This document shows, piece after piece, positions 19,601 to 27,844 of a stretch of 64,000 nucleotides of DNA (position 1 is the first letter of the stretch; each line of letters opens with the position of its first letter). The position numbers and the translations under genes were made by a program. The notes beneath the pieces are model-generated. The model saw nothing but the letters and a program-made list of their open reading frames with translations, had not been told where the DNA came from and made no database searches. This DNA comes from an uncultured Oscillospiraceae bacterium (lineage in GTDB: Bacteria; Bacillota; Clostridia; Oscillospirales; Oscillospiraceae). The stretch spans positions 699 through 64,698 of the forward strand of contig CALXDR010000004.1 in the NCBI GenBank assembly GCA_944387115.1. Direction: 5' to 3'.

Positions 19601-20373
19601 AGGGTATTCCCCCTTTCTTCGTACAGGGCAAAGAAGGTGTCTTCCAGGGTGCGGCCCTGGCACACATCCTCCAGGGTGCCGCAGCGCACCATGGCGCCGT
19701 CAATCAAAATGCCCACCCGGTCGCACAGACTTTCCACCAGAGAGAAAATGTGGGTGGAGAGAATCACCGTCTTGCCCTGGGCGCGCAAATCCTTGAGGAA
19801 GTTGGTGACCACCCGGGCGGTGATGACGTCCAGGCCATTGGTAGGCTCGTCAAAGATGACGATTTCCGGGTCATGGACAATGGAGATGACCAGAGAGAGC
19901 TTTTGCTTCATACCTGTGGACAGGTTGGCCACCTTCACCTCGGCAAACTTGTGAATATCAAAGCGGGTGAACAGCTCCTCCTTGCGCCGGGCCCGTATTT
20001 GGTCGGGCACCTGGTGCAGGTCTGCGAAAAAGTCGAAGAGGAAGTTGGGGGTAAAGCACTCCTCCAGCTTCAGCTCGCTGGTGAGAAAGCCGATGCGGGA
20101 GCGCACCTGCTCGGGCTGGGTGCGGATGCTGGCCCCCGCCACAATGGCATCCCCGCTGTCCGGCTCAAGCAGGGTGGCGAGCATACGCAGGGTGGTGGTC
20201 TTGCCTGCGCCGTTGGGGCCGAGCAGGCCGAACATCTCGCCCCGCTGGGCGGTGAAGGAAAGGTGATCCACCGCCTTTTTCACCCGGTCGGGGGAATGGG
20301 TCAGCTTTTGCTGACGGGCGGACAGGCGGAAGTGCTTGCACAGGTCTTGCACCTCCAAAATGGTTTCAGACAT
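19597..20373 (-). CDS. ABC transporter ATP-binding protein, NatA-like
   Basis: GPNGAGKTT, LSTGMKQK, IFDEPTNGLD. Confidence 0.92.
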   Translation of the reverse strand: MSETILEVQDLCKHFRLSARQQKLTHSPDRVKKAVDHLSFTAQRGEMFGLLGPNGAGKTTTLRMLATLLEPDSGDAIVAGASIRTQPEQVRSRIGFLTSELKLEECFTPNFLFDFFADLHQVPDQIRARRKEELFTRFDIHKFAEVKVANLSTGMKQKLSLVISIVHDPEIVIFDEPTNGLDVITARVVTNFLKDLRAQGKTVILSTHIFSLVESLCDRVGILIDGAMVRCGTLEDVCQGRTLEDTFFALYEERGNTL

Positions 20374-20415
20374 GGGGGGAACCTCCTTATTCAGTGATTA
20401 CAGAGTGCGGATGCC

Positions 20416-21273
20416 TCACAGGGGGGCGGAATGGTTCAGGCGGGCAGAGGCCTGGCGTACAGCGGGGCGCAGGATGAGGGCGGCGGCAGCGCCCACCACC
20501 ACCAGGCTGCCCAGGAGCGCCAGCTGGGCATTGGGGTTTTGCTGGAGCAGGGTGGTGAGCTGTCCAATGGTGTTGAACACGATGTGACAGGCCATAGCGG
20601 GGAGGATGGAGCGGGAGCGGAGGGTGAGGGCGCCGAAGGTCAGACCCAGCACGAAGGCGTAGCCAACCCAGACGGCCTGGCCATGGCACAGCCCAAACAC
20701 CAGAGCGGAGAGCACCACAGCCAGCCAGCCGGGCATGACCCGGTTGAGGCGGGTGAGAATGAGGCCGCGGAACACCACCTCTTCCACAATGGGGGCGGCC
20801 AGGGCGGTGGCCAGGAAGGCCATCACGCCGGTGCTGTCCAGTCCTACGGTGGCCTGGTCGTAGGCCTCTACCCAGGCCTCAGGCAGGAGGGAGAGGGCCA
20901 CAACCACCACGAGGTAGAGCATGGGGGCAATGGCGGCGCCTATGAGTACAACGGCGGGGTGGACGGGGCGCAGCGTCACAGAGGTGAGGGGATTGCGCCG
21001 CAGAATGGCAAACAGGATGGCCAGCACCACCAGGGTGAGCAGGGCGGAGAAGAGGGTGATGTGGGGGGTGTAGGCCAGCAGCTGCTCCATCAGCGCCTCC
21101 ATCATCCCATCCGGGTCGGCGGGGAGTGTGTCCTGGCCCGCCATGGAAAGGGAGATGGAGATGGTGGCAATCATGGAGAGCACCATCTGGGAGGAGAGAA
21201 AGAGGAGTAGGTAGCACAGGGCCTTGCCCAGGTTGGTGAGCACTTGGAGGAGGGTAGGACGGGATGGGTTCAT
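20416..21273 (-). CDS. CPBP (CAAX/Abi) intramembrane glutamic endopeptidase
   Basis: EEVVFRG, FGLCH, HIVFN motifs; AAGGAG RBS before ATG 21273. Confidence 0.9.
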   Translation of the reverse strand: MNPSRPTLLQVLTNLGKALCYLLLFLSSQMVLSMIATISISLSMAGQDTLPADPDGMMEALMEQLLAYTPHITLFSALLTLVVLAILFAILRRNPLTSVTLRPVHPAVVLIGAAIAPMLYLVVVVALSLLPEAWVEAYDQATVGLDSTGVMAFLATALAAPIVEEVVFRGLILTRLNRVMPGWLAVVLSALVFGLCHGQAVWVGYAFVLGLTFGALTLRSRSILPAMACHIVFNTIGQLTTLLQQNPNAQLALLGSLVVVGAAAALILRPAVRQASARLNHSAPL

Positions 21274-21304
21274 GAAATACACTCCTTTACGTTGTACAGG
21301 GGGA

Positions 21305-22105
21305 TTAACCCTGGCGGGAAAGGCGGTTGAACTGGAGGCACCAGTAGAGATATACGCCCTGATTCACACCCCACAAAAGGGTGACAATCAGTACGGGGAG
21401 CAGTCCGGTTTGCAAGAGTACGGCGGACAGGGTGGTGAGCAGCCAGAGCACCGGGCACACAAGGGAGGTGGCCTGGAAGGCCTTGACGGCGCACTGCCCG
21501 ATGAGGGCCTGCTCGGCCTCGTCGCACCCCTCCATCCAGCGCTCTTTGAAGTGGGGGTCAAACACGGAGCCGTGCTTTTCCGGCATCAGGTACTTCATCA
21601 GGTTGACGGTGCGCTGCTGGAGCAGTGTGCATTCCGCCATACCCGCAATGAGAAAGAACAGGACCATGGCGGTGGTGTGGGCACGGGCTGTGATGGACGA
21701 CTGCCCGGCGGACAAGCTGGCGGAGAAGAGAAAGGTGACGGCCAGGATTTGTATGCTGGAGATAATCAGCACCACGCTCATCATGCGGTCAATGCGCTGG
21801 TAGGCGTCCTCATCCTCCCCGTCCCAGAGCAGGGCGGCAGACTTGGCCCGGCGGTAGAGGAGCAGGGCGCACAGGGGGAGGAGGGTGACAAAGGGCACCA
21901 TCAGCCAGGGGGCAACCTGCTCGCTGAACACCAGTGCCCAGGACTGGAGTAGCTGGGGGAGGGTCTGCGGGGTGGCATCCGCCAGCAGCCAGCCCAGGAC
22001 GCCTCCCGCCAGGGTGGATACAGCCAGAACGATGAAAAAGCGGGGGAGGGCACGGCGATCCTCCCTGGTGGTGCTGGGGGGTGGGGTGGGGTCAGGTTTA
22101 TTCAT
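21305..22105 (-). CDS. DUF3169-like membrane protein
   Basis: Hydrophobic segments, WMEGCDEAEQ pattern typical of DUF3169; coupled to upstream XRE gene. Confidence 0.65.
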   Translation of the reverse strand: MNKPDPTPPPSTTREDRRALPRFFIVLAVSTLAGGVLGWLLADATPQTLPQLLQSWALVFSEQVAPWLMVPFVTLLPLCALLLYRRAKSAALLWDGEDEDAYQRIDRMMSVVLIISSIQILAVTFLFSASLSAGQSSITARAHTTAMVLFFLIAGMAECTLLQQRTVNLMKYLMPEKHGSVFDPHFKERWMEGCDEAEQALIGQCAVKAFQATSLVCPVLWLLTTLSAVLLQTGLLPVLIVTLLWGVNQGVYLYWCLQFNRLSRQG

Positions 22106-22313
22106 GGGGATCATCCTCCTCGTATTGGAAAATTGCCTCTACCGGAACTTGGAACAGCCGGGCCAATTTGAGGGCCAGGGTGACGGAGGGGGAATAATCT
22201 CCCCGCTCAATCAAGCTGATGGTCTGGCGGGATACCCCAACCAGCCGCCCCAGCTCCTGCTGGTTCACGCCCAGGGCTGCACGGTGCTCTTTGAGTCGGT
22301 TGGTCAGTGGCAT
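22098..22313 (-). CDS. XRE/Cro-C1 family helix-turn-helix regulator
   Basis: NRLKEHRAALGVNQQELGRLVGVSRQTISLIERGDYSPS. Confidence 0.92.
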   Translation of the reverse strand: MPLTNRLKEHRAALGVNQQELGRLVGVSRQTISLIERGDYSPSVTLALKLARLFQVPVEAIFQYEEDDPHE

Positions 22314-22334
22314 ATTGGTACCTCCTTCCTTGCT

Positions 22335-22388
22335 ATGACAAGTATATTTGTCATAATGTAATATATCATTGTCAATTTTCCTTGTCAA
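22335..22388 (-). promoter_or_regulatory. Promoter and palindromic operator of XRE-DUF3169 operon
   Basis: TTGACA-17bp-TATATT on minus strand; ATGACAA-GTATAT-TTGTCAT inverted repeat at 22335-22354. Confidence 0.6.
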
Positions 22389-22572
22389 GAGGGTGATATA
22401 GAAAGATGTGGAATCCAAAAGAGGGATGGTGGGGCGCACCAGAGGGGGGCGTGGGCAAACAGATACCCCCTGCACCGGCGGGTGTTTCCGGTACAGGGGG
22501 TTAAATCATGGGTGCTCTTTGGGATGGGTGTGGGCAGGGGGCAGCGGATACAGGCTGCGGTGCGGGCAAGGG

Positions 22573-23346
22573 TTACTCCAAATCCTCCCCGCCATAGCAG
22601 GCGGTGGGGAGAATTTGGCTCAGGCCCACCAGGGCGTGGTCGAATCCGCCGCTGTGCCACACACGCTCTGGGGAGGCCAGGGTGCCGGTGGGCATTTGAA
22701 TGCGCTGGGGCAGGGTGGCAACCAGGGTGTATGTGCCCTGGCGGCTCTGCTCCTCCACCATGGAACCGCCGTGGAGCTGCACAATGCGCAGGGCCATGGG
22801 GATGTTCCAGCTGGAAAAGGCCTCGTTGGGTTCAAATACGACTCCTGCCCCCCGTGGGAGTACATCCGCACCCTGGGTGCGCATGGTCAGGCGGACATAC
22901 CCCTCTCTGGCTTGCTCCAGGCTGAGGGAGAGGGTGCGGCTGTGCTGCCCGCCCTCCTCCACCATGGCCAGGAGGAGAAATTCCAGCTGCTCCACATCCA
23001 CATTTGCCATCAGGCCGGGAGTGGTGTGTACGGAAAGGGTGTAGCCGCCCCCCGCCAGCACGCCCTGAAGGTGTTCTCCCTCACGCTGGAACCACATACT
23101 CAGGTCGGTGAGCTGGGGAAAAGAGCGGACTTCATCCTCCTCGGTGAGCAGGTAGGCCAAATCCATCCGCCGCATCAGCCACTGGGCCTTGCATATGCTG
23201 TGGTTGAGAATGCCCAGGTAGGTCCGTTCCCGTCCACCGGAGGCTGTTCGCTCCAGCAGCTGCACCGCTGCTGTCATATGGGCCAGCTGCTCCCGCAGTT
23301 CCCCAAGTTGGCTGCCAATGACTGACTGCACGGTTTGTCGATTCAT
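22573..23346 (-). CDS. Degenerate histidine-kinase-like protein
   Basis: GELREQL in place of HELRTPL, DVEQLEFLLLAM in place of N box, RIVQLHGGSM retained. Confidence 0.55.
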   Translation of the reverse strand: MNRQTVQSVIGSQLGELREQLAHMTAAVQLLERTASGGRERTYLGILNHSICKAQWLMRRMDLAYLLTEEDEVRSFPQLTDLSMWFQREGEHLQGVLAGGGYTLSVHTTPGLMANVDVEQLEFLLLAMVEEGGQHSRTLSLSLEQAREGYVRLTMRTQGADVLPRGAGVVFEPNEAFSSWNIPMALRIVQLHGGSMVEEQSRQGTYTLVATLPQRIQMPTGTLASPERVWHSGGFDHALVGLSQILPTACYGGEDLE

Positions 23347-23523
23347 TCCCTTCGACCTCCCTCATCTGTCTGGTGTTGCCGGTATCCCGCTTCCACGGTA
23401 TCAGGTGCAAGAGGTAGACATTCACTCCCGGCTATTGTACCAGTTTTACTCTGAGTTCACAAGAGAGGGGGCGGGAATTCCATATGTAATTATTGCCGCC
23501 GATTGTTCCGGGAGCGTGGCAGC

Positions 23524-23552
23524 GCCGCACCCCGATGTTGCCGGGGTGCGGC
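23524..23552 (-). terminator. Hairpin downstream of mrp
   Basis: GCCGCACCCCG...CGGGGTGCGGC. Confidence 0.55.
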
Positions 23553-23673
23553 GGCAGCCGGTCAGACGATGCCCAGGGGAAGAGGGCGGCGCTTTCACCC
23601 CAATCGAGGGGGCGTTTCTCTGTATCCCGAAAAGGTTTGGAGTTTTGGGGGCGCTTGGGTGCAGCGGGGCTGC

Positions 23674-24489
23674 TCACAAGAGCTTTTCGGCCACCTCAGC
23701 CATGGGATTGGGCTGGTAGGACTCCACCTGTCCGGCGTCCACGGCCTGGGCCAGGGCGGGGTCCAGGGGCAGCTTTGCCAGCACAGGCAGGCCCAGCTGC
23801 TGGGCCAGCTGGTCAATGGTGCTCTCCCCGAAGATGGGGTGCGCCTTACCGCACTGGTCGCACTGGAAGTAACTGTAGTTCTCCACCAGGCCCAGCACAG
23901 GGATGCGCATCAGCTGGGCCATCTTCACCGCCTTGGTGACAATCATGCCCACCAGGCTCTGGGGGGCGGTGACCATCACCACGCCGTCCACGGGGAGGGA
24001 CTGGAATACGGTGAGGGGCACATCTCCCGTTCCGGGGGGCATATCCACAAAGAGATAGTCCAGCTCGCCCCAGATCACATCCGTCCAAAACTGCTCCACG
24101 GCGCTGGCGATGACGGGGCCACGCCACACCACCGGGTCAGTCTCCTCTTTGGTGAGCAGGTTGAGGCTCATCAGCTTGATGCCGCCCTGGGTGACAGCGG
24201 GGTAGATGCCATCCTCACTGCCCTGGGCCTGCTGATGGATGCCAAAGGCCTTGGGCACGGAGGGGCCGGTGATGTCTGCGTCCAGCACACCCACCTTTTT
24301 TCCCCGGGCGGCCATGGCGGCGGCCAGGGTACAGGTGACAGTGGACTTGCCCACGCCCCCCTTGCCGCTGACCACGGCAATCACCCGCTTGATGCGGGAG
24401 TGGGCATTGGCGGGCTTGCGCAAATCCTGGGGCTGCTGGCTGCCGCAGCCTGCACCGCAGGAGGAGCAATCATGGTTGCATTGACTCAT
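23674..24489 (-). CDS. mrp: Mrp/NBP35 family Fe-S cluster carrier ATPase
   Basis: N-terminal Cys cluster CNHDCSSC, SGKGGVGKST, DMPPGTGD, GLVENYSYFQCDQC. Confidence 0.93.
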   Translation of the reverse strand: MSQCNHDCSSCGAGCGSQQPQDLRKPANAHSRIKRVIAVVSGKGGVGKSTVTCTLAAAMAARGKKVGVLDADITGPSVPKAFGIHQQAQGSEDGIYPAVTQGGIKLMSLNLLTKEETDPVVWRGPVIASAVEQFWTDVIWGELDYLFVDMPPGTGDVPLTVFQSLPVDGVVMVTAPQSLVGMIVTKAVKMAQLMRIPVLGLVENYSYFQCDQCGKAHPIFGESTIDQLAQQLGLPVLAKLPLDPALAQAVDAGQVESYQPNPMAEVAEKLL

Positions 24490-24568
24490 GTTCTCATGTC
24501 CTTTCGTTGCACTGGGGCAGGACGCATGGGCCTGCCCCAATTTTTTGATAAAAGCACACCGATATACC

Positions 24569-24597
24569 TTGACAGGTGAGGTAGTGTGTGATACACT
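24569..24597 (+). promoter_or_regulatory. SigA promoter of PadR operon
   Basis: TTGACA-17bp-TACACT. Confidence 0.75.
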
Positions 24598-24656
24598 GTC
24601 CTTGTAGGATACCTCATATAGTGATGTATCTCATCTGACTGGAAGGAGGATGGCCT

Positions 24657-24992
24657 ATGTCCATCTCGGCAGACACCCTGCGGGGGCATACGGATATGAT
24701 TATCTTAGCACAATTGCTGGACGGGGACAACTACGGTTATGAAATCAACAAGCGCATTCAACAGCGCACAGGTGGGGCCTATGGCCTGAAGGAGGCCACC
24801 TTGTACACCGCCTTTAAGCGGCTGGAGCAAAACGGGCATATTCACTCCTATTGGGGAGCGGACGGCCCCGGCGCCCGCCGCCGCTATTACGCCATCACCC
24901 CGGAGGGGCGGGAATTTTACGCCCAGCGCCACCGGGAGTGGCGGGAGACCCGCCGGATGCTGGATGCGCTCACCAGCGCCGGAGAGGGATAA
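24657..24992 (+). CDS. PadR family transcriptional regulator
   Basis: LRGHTDMIIL, NYGYEI, LKEATLYTAFKRLE, RRYYAITPEG. Confidence 0.94.
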   Translation: MSISADTLRGHTDMIILAQLLDGDNYGYEINKRIQQRTGGAYGLKEATLYTAFKRLEQNGHIHSYWGADGPGARRRYYAITPEGREFYAQRHREWRETRRMLDALTSAGEG

Positions 24993-25071
24993 GTGCGTGT
25001 GCCAAGCATACGATTGAAAACGCAGAAACATGAGCCAGTACCCAAAGTAATTTCGCAAGGAGGAATCTTCT

Positions 25072-26727
25072 ATGGAAGCTGTTTATACGCAACTCACCCT
25101 TGCTGTGGCCGCCGCCCTGACCAACGCCCCTGACAGCCCCGCCAAAATGGAGCTGATTGAAGAGCTGACGGAGAACCTGCACCAGCGCTACCTGGACATG
25201 GTGGCCGAGGGGGCGGAGCCTCAGCAGGCCTATGCCCGCACGCTGGAGGAGCTGGGGGACACCGAGCAGCTGGTGGACTACCTCAAGCAGCTGCCTGCCG
25301 ACCAGCCCCTTCCCTGGCCGGAGCAGGGAGAAGTGCCCCCCAGCCAGACCCGCCTTCAGCTGGAGGCGATTGCCAAGAATCTGGAGGAGATGGCCCGGGG
25401 TGCGCTGGAGCAGGCCCGTCAGGCGCTGGAGCGCACCAATGTGGAGGAGAAGGTCAGCTCCGCCACCGCCCATGTGTGGCAGGCGCTGGAGCAGATGCGT
25501 CAGGCGGTGCACCGTGCCACTGCCGACCAGGAGGGCGGGGAGGGCCCCGGCGCTGACAGCACGCCTGAGGGCGCAAGCGGCCAGCCTGCTGCGGACGCAC
25601 CCTGCCAGGAGGATGGGCAGGAGGATGGGGCGGAGGACGCCCCGGAGCACGCCCCCCTCACCTATCCCAGCGGTGAGGCGGCCGAGGGCGTGATGCACGC
25701 CCTGCACACCCTGCGTGTGTCCATCCCCGGCAACCTCACCCTGCGCATGAATCAGCCGGAGGACGGGGATGTGGTGGTTGGCGGGGACAACAGCAAGCTG
25801 TGCGTATCCCGCTCCAAGGATGGGGTGCTGACCATCCGCTCTGCGGATACTGCCGTGACCTCCTTTCTCTTCCGCCGGGGCGTGGCGCTGGGAGATGTGG
25901 AGCTCTCCCTTCCCTGCCGTCCCTGGCGCAAGCTGGACTTGCAGGTGCAGGGGGATATTCATCTGGAGGGGGATGTTCCCGTGGAACAGCTTGCCCTCTC
26001 CTGCACCCGGGGGGATGCGTGGGCCAAACTGCCCCACTGCGACACCCTGGCCGCCGCTGCCCGGCACGGGGATTTGAGCCTGGAGATGGATGTGGGGAAG
26101 GCTGCCCTTTCCGTGCAGGGGGGCGATATGAAGCTGCGGGGCCGCCTGGACACGGTGAAGGCCAGCGTAGAGGCGGGGGATTTGCGTTTGGAAAGTCTGG
26201 CGCCCGCTCAGAACCTGGTGCTCTCCGCCCGTGCGGGCAACCTGTGGGTGGCCATGCCCCACTGCCAGACCCTCACCGCTGAAACCCATTGCAGCAGCCT
26301 GCACGTGGAGGGTGAGGTGGCAAAGGCGAACCTGGAGGCCGTGATGGGAGATGTGAAGGCCAAGGGGTGCTTTGGCAACCTGTCCGGAACGGCTGTCAAC
26401 GGCGATTTTCAACTGTCCGGCTATGTGGGAAAGGGCGCATTCCAAAGCACCAACGGGGATGTGTGCCTGGAGCTGACCGCACTCCCCGACAGTCTGGAGG
26501 TGGGCTCGGACGCTGGGGACTGCACCGTCAAGCTGCCCCTGGAGCAGGGGGCCTTCCAGATGGCTCTGTCCGCCCCGTCGGGCACGCTGGAGCTGGAGGA
26601 GTTCCCCTTCACCGGCAGCCATATGGGCATTTACACCTATGCCCCTGATGGACACAGCGCAGAGGGCAGACTGCCCTGCTACAAGGTGCGCACCCAAAGC
26701 GGAACGGTGACCGTCTCCGCCACCTGA
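25072..26727 (+). CDS. Permease-prefix-domain / DUF4097 beta-strand repeat protein
   Basis: N-terminal KMELIEELTENLHQRYLDMVAEG..LEELGD, acidic linker, C-terminal GD-spaced beta repeats. Confidence 0.75.
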   Translation: MEAVYTQLTLAVAAALTNAPDSPAKMELIEELTENLHQRYLDMVAEGAEPQQAYARTLEELGDTEQLVDYLKQLPADQPLPWPEQGEVPPSQTRLQLEAIAKNLEEMARGALEQARQALERTNVEEKVSSATAHVWQALEQMRQAVHRATADQEGGEGPGADSTPEGASGQPAADAPCQEDGQEDGAEDAPEHAPLTYPSGEAAEGVMHALHTLRVSIPGNLTLRMNQPEDGDVVVGGDNSKLCVSRSKDGVLTIRSADTAVTSFLFRRGVALGDVELSLPCRPWRKLDLQVQGDIHLEGDVPVEQLALSCTRGDAWAKLPHCDTLAAAARHGDLSLEMDVGKAALSVQGGDMKLRGRLDTVKASVEAGDLRLESLAPAQNLVLSARAGNLWVAMPHCQTLTAETHCSSLHVEGEVAKANLEAVMGDVKAKGCFGNLSGTAVNGDFQLSGYVGKGAFQSTNGDVCLELTALPDSLEVGSDAGDCTVKLPLEQGAFQMALSAPSGTLELEEFPFTGSHMGIYTYAPDGHSAEGRLPCYKVRTQSGTVTVSAT

Positions 26728-26737
26728 AGATGATGGA

Positions 26738-26813
26738 ACCGGGCCGCCCCAGGGGCGGCCCGGTCTGGCAAACGCACCCCCGGTTTTCTCCTAGGGAAAA
26801 CCGGGGGTGCGTT
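26738..26813. terminator. Two tandem hairpins between convergent genes
   Basis: ACCGGGCCGCCCC/GGGGCGGCCCGGT and AACGCACCCCCGGTTTTC/GAAAACCGGGGGTGCGTT. Confidence 0.75.
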
Positions 26814-26860
26814 CTGTTTTGCCCCTTTGCTCCATGCCGGGCACACCGGCACCGCTGACG

Positions 26861-27778
26861 CTAGCCGATAAACTCGTGCAGGAGGGAGGCGGGGGGGATG
26901 GTATCCGGCCGGATGGGGGCAAACTGGTCAAAGGCCCGCAGCACCGCATCCAGCTCATGGGCTTTCAGAATATGGGCGGGCAGGGCGGAGAGCATGGGGC
27001 GGGCATACTGGGCCATCACCGATACTTCATAGGGCAGGGTGGTGTCCAGGCGAATGTGTGCCGTGCGGCGGTAGGGGGTGATATACTGCCGCTCCCCCCG
27101 GCACACGTTGGCCCACATCTCCAGGGTATCCTCCACCCCAGTGCCACGGAAGTTGTAATCCCGCACCGTCCGGCGCACCAGACGCAGCCAGGTGCGCTTG
27201 AAGCACACCCGGGTGTGGTCCATCACATCGCTCTGGGTGGAGATGTACATCCGGGTGGCCTCGGGATGGTTGCCGGTAATCTGGGGGTTGAGGGCGTGGA
27301 TGCCCTCGAAAATAGCCACCTCATTGGGCTGCAGACGCAGCGCCCGGCCCTTGTGCCCGTCCCGTTGGCGGCGGGTGAAGTCGAAGTGGGGCACCGTCAC
27401 CTCCTCCCCCTTTGCCAGGCGGGTGAAGTGGTCGTCCAGCAGGGGAATGTCCAGCAGGAGGGGGGATTCAAAGTCCAGCGCTCCCTCTGGCGTGCGGGGA
27501 GCGCTGACGGGGTCGGGGTCGGTGTAGTAGTCATCCAGCGAGATGGTGTGGGTGCTTATGCCCCGCTTCTCCAGCTCCTGCTCCACCATCCCCGCTGTGG
27601 TGGTCTTGCCTGAGCCGGAGGGGCCGGAGAGGAGCACCACCGGACTGCGGGGTAGATTGCGCTGGATGTGGTCGGCGGCGTGGGCCACCTTGTGATGGAA
27701 AATCTGGTCGCACTGGGCCATATAGGCCGCCGGGTCACGGCGTACGGCTGCGTTGACTTGCTCCAGTTGATAGGCCAT
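26861..27778 (-). CDS. Nucleoside kinase (uridine kinase/PRK family)
   Basis: SGPSGSGKTT, ISLDDYY, IFEGIHALNP, LVRRTVRDYNFRG. Confidence 0.88.
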   Translation of the reverse strand: MAYQLEQVNAAVRRDPAAYMAQCDQIFHHKVAHAADHIQRNLPRSPVVLLSGPSGSGKTTTAGMVEQELEKRGISTHTISLDDYYTDPDPVSAPRTPEGALDFESPLLLDIPLLDDHFTRLAKGEEVTVPHFDFTRRQRDGHKGRALRLQPNEVAIFEGIHALNPQITGNHPEATRMYISTQSDVMDHTRVCFKRTWLRLVRRTVRDYNFRGTGVEDTLEMWANVCRGERQYITPYRRTAHIRLDTTLPYEVSVMAQYARPMLSALPAHILKAHELDAVLRAFDQFAPIRPDTIPPASLLHEFIG

Positions 27779-27844
27779 GGGAACCTCTCCTTCATGGGTG
27801 ATGTGGCCCGCCGGGCAATTGGGCGGGGCGGGCGTGCCGGTCTA

